Shown here: positions 57,601-64,000 of the stretch, piece after piece
How the letters are laid out: each line of letters begins with the position of its first letter
Numbering within the stretch: position 1 is the stretch's first letter
Source of the DNA: an uncultured Nitrososphaeraceae archaeon
GTDB taxonomy: Archaea; Thermoproteota; Nitrososphaeria; Nitrososphaerales; Nitrososphaeraceae
DNA: 64,000 nucleotides
NCBI GenBank assembly: GCA_963825865.1
Contig: CAWGVG010000003.1
Span: forward strand, 160,001-224,000
Direction of reading: 5' to 3'
Notes under the pieces: generated by a model
Database searches by the model: none
What the model saw: only the letters and a program-made list of their open reading frames with translations
What the model was told of the DNA's origin: nothing
Translations under genes and position numbers: made by a program

Positions 57601-58095
57601 TATACCTTCAGGAAGATCTTTTTCCTTAACATATTTGCGCCATTCTTTATTATTTTTTATTCCCGATGAACGAGCAAATTCTCTTGCTTCCTCAAAAGGC
57701 AGTGGTTTAAAATCTTGCTTCCATACTGTCCCAGTACCAAGAAAATTCCCCCAGCTTATCCATCCTTTATTTTTATATACTTTATGAGGAATACGTGGTA
57801 TACCTTCAGGAAGACCTTTCTCCTTAGCATATTTTTCCCACTCCCTAGAATTTTTTATTCCCGATGAACGAGCAAATTCTCTTGCTTGAGAAAAAGATAA
57901 CCATTCTTTACCAATCCAATTACGCCAGCTTATCCATCCTTTATTTCTATATACAGAATCAGGACGAGATGGTATACCTTCAGGAAGACCTTTCTCCTTA
58001 GCATATTTTTCCCATTCATCCTTACCTTCTAATTTGAGTGAATTAGCAAACGCTCTTGCTTCTTCAAATTTCCTCCAAATTGTGTGAAATATCAT
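54630..58095 (-). CDS. Multidomain protein: five Trp-rich repeats + SF2 helicase + Rrp8-like SAM methyltransferase (frameshift ~55500)
   Basis: Repeats at ~57150-58080; SGTGAGKT, VLDEIH, LSATP, ISTGVDG, GRLVRKG; EDPKEWEEYH, IGDFG[CGEA], HSFD, CDMKKVPL, FSLSLMG, LMIAE. Confidence 0.85.
57150..58080 (-). repeat. Five tandem ~175-200-bp coding repeats (integrase-repeat-like units)
   Basis: For example, a 79-bp identical block at 57272-57350 and 57467-57545; consensus F.EA..F..S.G.K...EW..Y...(KP/LP)..IP..P...Y...W..W..(W/F)LG. Confidence 0.9.
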
Positions 58096-58262
58096 CTGAA
58101 ATTGCCATCAGTGTACTTGATTGACAATATAAGATTGGACCATTATTCAAGTCTCATTTCTACTTTCATCAAACAATGCCTTAACTAACCTTAAAGCCAA
58201 TTGTAAGGCTCTTAAAATATCCCACAGAGTATAATATTGATGCCGCCCTTTTCCCTTTTTTT

Positions 58263-59087
58263 TTGATGATGAAATTGAGAAAAAAGATATACAATATAGA
58301 TAAAGAAAGTTTTGAAATCAAGTTTAACGAGTTTAGAGGTGCAGTACAATTTGAAAATGGGAGTCAGTTTAGGAAAAGGCTGAATAACAAATTTATTACT
58401 TTCGGCAGGATTATGAAAGACGGAAATATACCATACGATAATAGAAAAGCATATGCAACTCAGCTAGTTAAAGAATTAGAATGTTTTAGAACTAAAATCT
58501 CTAGTTTCTTGCCAGAATTTATGTTAGCTGCGCTTGTTCAAGGGGAAGGTTTTAACATCAGGTTTATCTCAACAACAACTGCTTCTAAAACATGTGATTT
58601 ACTTTTTAACTCACATAATACTGAAGTTAAAACATTTTTAGATAGCTATAAGCAAGGTACAAAAATAGAACGTAGTTTAATTAAAGAGATAGAATGTACA
58701 TTAAAAAGAAAAAAAGCAGTGTACGATATAAATGAAGCACTATCTAAGAAAGCAGATATAATTTTTATGTATCTTACTTTTTCTTCTTTAGCAATAGGTT
58801 TTGCTAAATATACTTTTGAAAAGAATATGAGCTTTCCATTATTAAAAGCACTTAGAGAGTCAATCTCCATTTGTGACAAGAATGCCATGAAACAGACTAT
58901 TGAAACTATACCAGTAATAGTGTTTACTACGTTAATAGATGCAGTTAGTTGGGATTATAAGATTTTCTCTCTTATGGTTCCTTATCCTGTAAAGATGAAT
59001 AAAATGAATCAGGTTGGAGCAGATTCCGAGAAACTATTAATAAAGTTGGACAAGGACTCACACAGATCCGAATATTTGAAAATATAG
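58263..59087 (+). CDS. Putative PD-(D/E)XK nuclease-fold protein
   Basis: E(FMLA)..GFNI..KTCDLLF..TEVKT pattern. Confidence 0.5.
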   Translation: MMMKLRKKIYNIDKESFEIKFNEFRGAVQFENGSQFRKRLNNKFITFGRIMKDGNIPYDNRKAYATQLVKELECFRTKISSFLPEFMLAALVQGEGFNIRFISTTTASKTCDLLFNSHNTEVKTFLDSYKQGTKIERSLIKEIECTLKRKKAVYDINEALSKKADIIFMYLTFSSLAIGFAKYTFEKNMSFPLLKALRESISICDKNAMKQTIETIPVIVFTTLIDAVSWDYKIFSLMVPYPVKMNKMNQVGADSEKLLIKLDKDSHRSEYLKI

Positions 59088-59275
59088 AAGAACAATTCAC
59101 CTTCAACCCGACCGCAAAGATTCCCTTCCTTTTTTCTTTGCATCGCGATTATCGTCATCATTAAAATTATACTGACTAGCCTAATGAAGTTAGATTTATC
59201 TACAAATGCTACTGGGGTAGATGATGCCATAAAGTTTGTATCATAGAAATCATCATCTATAAAACCCGAATTAGA

Positions 59276-60166
59276 AAAACATAAAGTTGATGATGCTGTT
59301 ACTGTAGATAAGAATCACACCAATGACATTCAAAGATGAGTCATCACCTGACCTGCTGGAGCAGATATCATCTTTAGGACTCCCAGATCAAAGCATACAG
59401 TACTAGTAGTATTATCAGGCTCAGTGCTCTGTAGAGTAACACCCCTTCCAGCGTTATCTGTCGGTGCATTATGGTCTATCAGAGCAAAACCAGGTGGATA
59501 ACTTGAGTGAACGGAGCTCTCATATACGCACCTATGCTTAGATTCCGTTGAAGAACCTATGAACAATGTTGGCTTGCTCATCCGTTTTTGCTTTCTCGTG
59601 CCTTTTTTTGATAGATGCATATATTTTAGAATATCGATCTTCTCAATAATTTTCAAGACTGGTCAGAATGACAGCCAGGTAGGATGATAATTCCTGTTAC
59701 CAATAAGTAACAATTTTTTTCTAACGTGACTTAGAGTAAAGTTCTGGAGTTTGTTAAATCCCTGTCTAAACAAGAAATGATAGATTTTGATGGGGCGGCA
59801 CCGTGCTCATGAGGCTCGTCTTGAGCTGCTCGATCTGTTCGAGCGCGCAAGCGTGTTTATCAAGCACACTTTGACAAGAAATTGCCGTAACAAGCTTCTG
59901 CATCTGATTGACTGCTTCTGATTGTTAGTCCGCTATTAGCACGCAGTTCAGCAAATTCAGAATCGCTGATCATGAGAGACCTAATCATCTGTGCCGTCCA
60001 TATGACGTTAGTGGTTTGTCTTGGCTTGGACGTCCGATTATAAGCGGAGTATAAGTCCTCTTTTCATAGTGCCGTCGAGAGTTAGTTAAGGATATTGCTT
60101 GCTAGAAAAAGAAAACATAAAGTGGATGATGCTGTTACTGTAGATAAGAAACATAGTAATGACATT
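59276..60166. repeat. 55-bp imperfect direct repeat (59276-59330 and 60112-60166)
   Basis: AAAACATAAAGT(T/G)GATGATGCTGTTACTGTAGATAAGAA...AATGACATT, 50/55 identical. Confidence 0.85.
59520..59581 (-). pseudogene. TIR-like (Cap12/Pycsar-type) domain N-terminal stub
   Basis: MSKPTLFIGSSTES. Confidence 0.45.
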
Positions 60167-60771
60167 TAAGGATCTGAGGAAGATGATAATAAGCAGCAGC
60201 CAACAAACACTTACAATCGCTAATAATGATCTACCATCAGTATAGTGGAGATATGAAAAGCTCAAAAGAGAAGAAGCATCTTTACAAGCTGGTAATCATA
60301 ATTCAGCCAGAACCTTTCAGGAATTAAGTGATCTGATATCAACTACACGCAACACATTGGAGCAATATGAGTCAGATTGTGAAGAAAAGAGACTCGAGAT
60401 AACCAAGCTGCGGATACAAATGATTCGAGCAGAGGCCCGCATACGAGATAACACTCCGCGTTAAAGGTAGAAAATCAGGCAGAGACATCCCTAGGCCAGT
60501 CTGGTTTGTGCATGAAGGCAACACGTAATTAAGCTAACAGTTTTTTATTTCGTGTCTATCCGATGTACTGAATCAATTATTCTTTAGAGAGATAGATGAT
60601 GGATATTTATCGTTGTAAAAAACCCTTCCTTTTTCTAAAGAAGAATGCAATAATAGAAGTTCTGATAAAAGACGCTATCCCTTTTTTGCAATAGACACCG
60701 TTCATTCATCTGCTCTTGGAGTATTAGGAGATACATCGGATTTACTTGCTACTCCTACAGTATCTTGTTGA

Positions 60772-60993
60772 TCACTGCTGCCTACTCTTTCGATTTATAG
60801 TGGAAGACGATGAATCTTTCTCTTGCTCTGTCTTTTTGTCTTGTCCTTGAGTTTTTGCAATACAGTCATTGCATGTCCATACACCTTTGATATAACTACC
60901 TGCCTTTATCTTCCCATGTTGTTCTATTTCATCTTCTAGCGAATCGGTAACAGGCGAGCCACATTTGATACATTGCGGTAGTAAGTTTACCAT
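60772..60993 (-). CDS. Small zinc-finger protein
   Basis: CIKCG ... WTCNDC. Confidence 0.6.
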   Translation of the reverse strand: MVNLLPQCIKCGSPVTDSLEDEIEQHGKIKAGSYIKGVWTCNDCIAKTQGQDKKTEQEKDSSSSTINRKSRQQ

Positions 60994-61755
60994 TATATCA
61001 AAGATATCTATCTATTTCTAATTTATTAGTTAATATATGATATCCAATGATACTCAAAAATCTGTTTCTGGACATCTACCAAACTTATCTTTTTAGATGT
61101 TATCATATATACCCGATCGTTTCAATCTTGAATGTATTACCATTATATCATGAAAGCATGCTCTATATAGATATGTGCAGGTGGTTGGATGGTATGATAG
61201 TTGGTTAGAAGAAGCAAAGTATTTTCGTTGGTTAAATGAATGGTTAGGATACAAGGAATTTGAATAACGGGAAAAGTGGGTAGTAGTAGTTATGTTAGTA
61301 ACCGATTTGTATTAAACTGATTTATTAGATATCTTCAATAACAAAATAAATGCTAATGAGGACTAACTCCTTTGCTTGTTGTCTTACAACAGATAGATCT
61401 CTTTACTGCGCAAAATATCTACAATTTTAGCATTTTGGCAAGTAGATGTATTCTCTTACGTTTATTCCTTAGCCAAAGATAACTCTTATATCTTTTAATT
61501 TCGTTAGTTTGGACAATATTTTCAATTTTTACGTATTAGAAAAATATTATTATATAATATTATATAAATTAGTTCAGAATTTACAATTTGGTTTAACAAT
61601 TTGCAATAGTACTTTTTTTTATTAGGGGAACTTAAGATAAAGTAGAGCTGTGGAAAATATAAGTACAGAGCAGCAGCATCTGAGAACAACATCATCATCA
61701 CAAGACTAACTTAAGAGAAAAATCTGAAGAGAAAAAAGAACAACAACAACTCTGG

Positions 61756-62001
61756 TTGAAAACCATTTCTATTCACAGTTATTCACAGCTATCAGAATTG
61801 CAAGACCATTTTTGCGATAATAAAGAACCTGCTATTCTAATCGCAAGAATCACACCAATAGTGACAAAAAATATTGAAGAAGGAATGAAGTTAGTAAATG
61901 AAGTTTATTCGATGGCTACAAAAAAAAATTATTCTGTTTTTCGCTTAGGAGAAGAAAGAATTATTCTAGTTCCATCTACCGTAAGAATAAAGTCCTTGTA
62001 A
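61756..62001 (+). CDS. SepF-like (DUF552) protein
   Basis: ILIARITP..KLVNEVY..FRLGEERIILVPSTVRI. Confidence 0.6.
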   Translation: MKTISIHSYSQLSELQDHFCDNKEPAILIARITPIVTKNIEEGMKLVNEVYSMATKKNYSVFRLGEERIILVPSTVRIKSL

Positions 62002-62159
62002 TAATAATAATAATAGGACGACGAAGACAATAAAATTGTATGGCTGCATTTGCATATCTGTAAATCTCTTGCTTTTAGTTTTTCTAAAAACTATTAGAAA
62101 TCATGAATCAGTCAGCTTAGCTTTATACATTTTTAATCTATATTCCTAAGAGTAGCTTT

Positions 62160-62549
62160 AGGGTATCTTGAGTGCCATCTCCGACCCCTTTTCTTTAGCA
62201 AATTTCACAAAAGCTTTTTCGAACCTTTTGGCGATGCTCTTCACTTGTTCATCAAGTCCTGCTCTGTAGTTTTAATCCACTCAATAAGATCAAGTAAAGC
62301 TGTCATGAAAGGATAAATTGGCTATAGTGATTCACCGATCAAGACTTCATCCTTGCCATAAAAACCTACCAAGAAGTCCTTATCTTTATTGATCAGTTTT
62401 TGATAGATCTTGTTCAATAATGCAGACTTGCCAATTCCAGATTCTCCTATAACATATGTAATGCTACTTTGGCTACTATTCATCCTATTCCAAAGCTCGT
62501 CAAGCTCTTTTTCTCTTCCGAATAATTCTCGTTCTGATTTAATAGCCAA
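62160..62549 (-). pseudogene. AAA/STAND-type ATPase N-terminal fragment
   Basis: LFGREKELDEL..VIGESGIGKSAL; stops shortly afterwards. Confidence 0.65.
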
Positions 62550-62754
62550 TAATCGATACCAAGATAGGTATGATTAAAAGTTTTTTATTTGAATGTCCAT
62601 TTCGTATCTGGAAAACGATCATCGTCAACACAACAGCTACCAACAATCCAATGATTATCACCAACAATATTAAACCACTGGAAGTGGCGTGCATGAATAA
62701 TCTTCACCTAACTAAAGACCAATGCGATCAGACAATTGTGGATGGTGGCTCGAT

Positions 62755-63205
62755 TTATTGATTGACCTCTCTAGATTCAATTTTCTCTAATCTCTCTTCT
62801 AATGACTTTACTGCTAGAACAATTGGCCCTTCAGATAAAAGCTTAAACTTGGACTCATTGGATTCTATAATTACCTTTAGTGCCAAGAGTTTCTCCTTTA
62901 TTGGGAGTTTATTGTCATTATATATTTTCCATGATTCTCTATTAGCTTGATCAATATCTTCTATGCATTGTTTGTAATAGTAAGCAAGATCTGATTTTGC
63001 TAGATCGTAGACAAATTGTTGGCTTTTAGCTTTTAGAGCTTTGATGTCTCTACAGATAGTACTCTACATGAACATCAAGGCGAATGGCAATTTCAGTTTC
63101 AGTCATTGACTGAGCTAATAGTCTTGCAACTGTTCTTCTGCGATCTTCAATCAGGAATTTAGAATTGCTGTATTTGTTTTGCAAGGTCACGCTGATTTTT
63201 TGCAT
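62755..63205 (-). CDS. HTH protein (MGE-associated, terminase-small-subunit-like), frameshift ~63065
   Basis: IEDRRRTVARLLAQSMTETEIAIRL..STICRDIKAL..KLLALKVI..LLSEGP. Confidence 0.6.
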
Positions 63206-64000
63206 TTCTCCTCGCTTGTTTTAATAAGGTCTTGCAATCCCACGCTTAGAATATATCTCGAAACCAAGCTTTATGTATTTTCAATGCTCATTGCATTTCA
63301 AATTGTTCATAGTCCTTATTGGTTCAATTTCTTTTTCTTTCTTATCGCATCAACTATTGCTTGAACTTCTTTACCAATTAATTTGCTAAACGATGCTAAG
63401 TTTCTTTTGCTTCAACATTTGTCTGTTTTACGTAATCGACTTCTTCTTTTACTAGGTAATTGGGGATTGAATCTATGTAAATTCTAGTTCTTTGATGTGA
63501 AGAATATATTTGATTATATGGATCATCTTAATACAATATCTCTTTGTGTCTCTGAAGGTCAAAATGCTCGTATGTGATCATATGAGCGAGTCACACTCTA
63601 TAAACAATTATACTGCAGATGTGCACTAAAAAAATATCAAATTTTTTATTAATCATGGTAAAATATTGGATTGTTATTATCCAGGGAATCTAAATACCGA
63701 AGCAACAACTCTAAAGAAGTATTTTAAGTCTATATCAGTAAAGATAAATAGTAAAAGAAAAATTGTCTCCATTTAAATCAATTGTAAATAAGGAGAAATA
63801 ACTTATAACCACAGTAATGGAGTAGATAATCAATCAAAGATGCAGGAATCAAATATAGAATTGAATGGATCTGTTAACTAATTTCAGTATTTTTTGTTTA
63901 AATTATTAGGAAAGTCCATGACTAGATCTACATTTATACGACAAATTGTGTTTTTGAAAGTAATAATGTTTCTAGAATTTACCTTGAAAGTGTAAACCTA

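Noticed and set aside
57150-58080. CRISPR array or DGR template/variable repeats
   Set aside because: The repeats are in-frame coding units of ~175-200 bp, the differences are not adenine-specific, and no cas or reverse transcriptase gene is present.

Overview
AT-rich archaeal window, most likely from a soil ammonia-oxidising archaeon (Nitrososphaeraceae). This is an inference from the gene families, poly-Asn/(AAT)n tracts and the many CBS and USP paralogues. The left ~38 kb is a stress/metabolism accessory region. It holds many CBS and USP genes, Hsp20, a CBS+HPF-like putative ribosome hibernation factor, PncB, P-II, GH130, a Zn-ADH and two P-type ATPases. It also holds an IS5-flanked acyl-CoA carboxylase / CoA-transferase / MFS cluster. 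The right ~25 kb is decayed mobile-element and defence territory: a DnaK fragment, an SSB-like gene, PolB, a Toprim fragment, a tyrosine integrase, a tRNA-3'-like att site, a KAP NTPase, an HsdR fragment, and TIR and ATPase fragments. The most striking item is a ~1150-aa gene at 54630-58095. It fuses five Trp-rich ~60-65-aa repeats with hypervariable patches, an SF2 helicase and an Rrp8/nucleomethylin-like (m1A-type) methyltransferase. A PD-(D/E)XK-like gene lies divergently next to it. Most long genes carry 1-bp indels, probably long-read consensus errors, so intact versus pseudogene status is often uncertain. No CRISPR array, rRNA or complete tRNA was seen.
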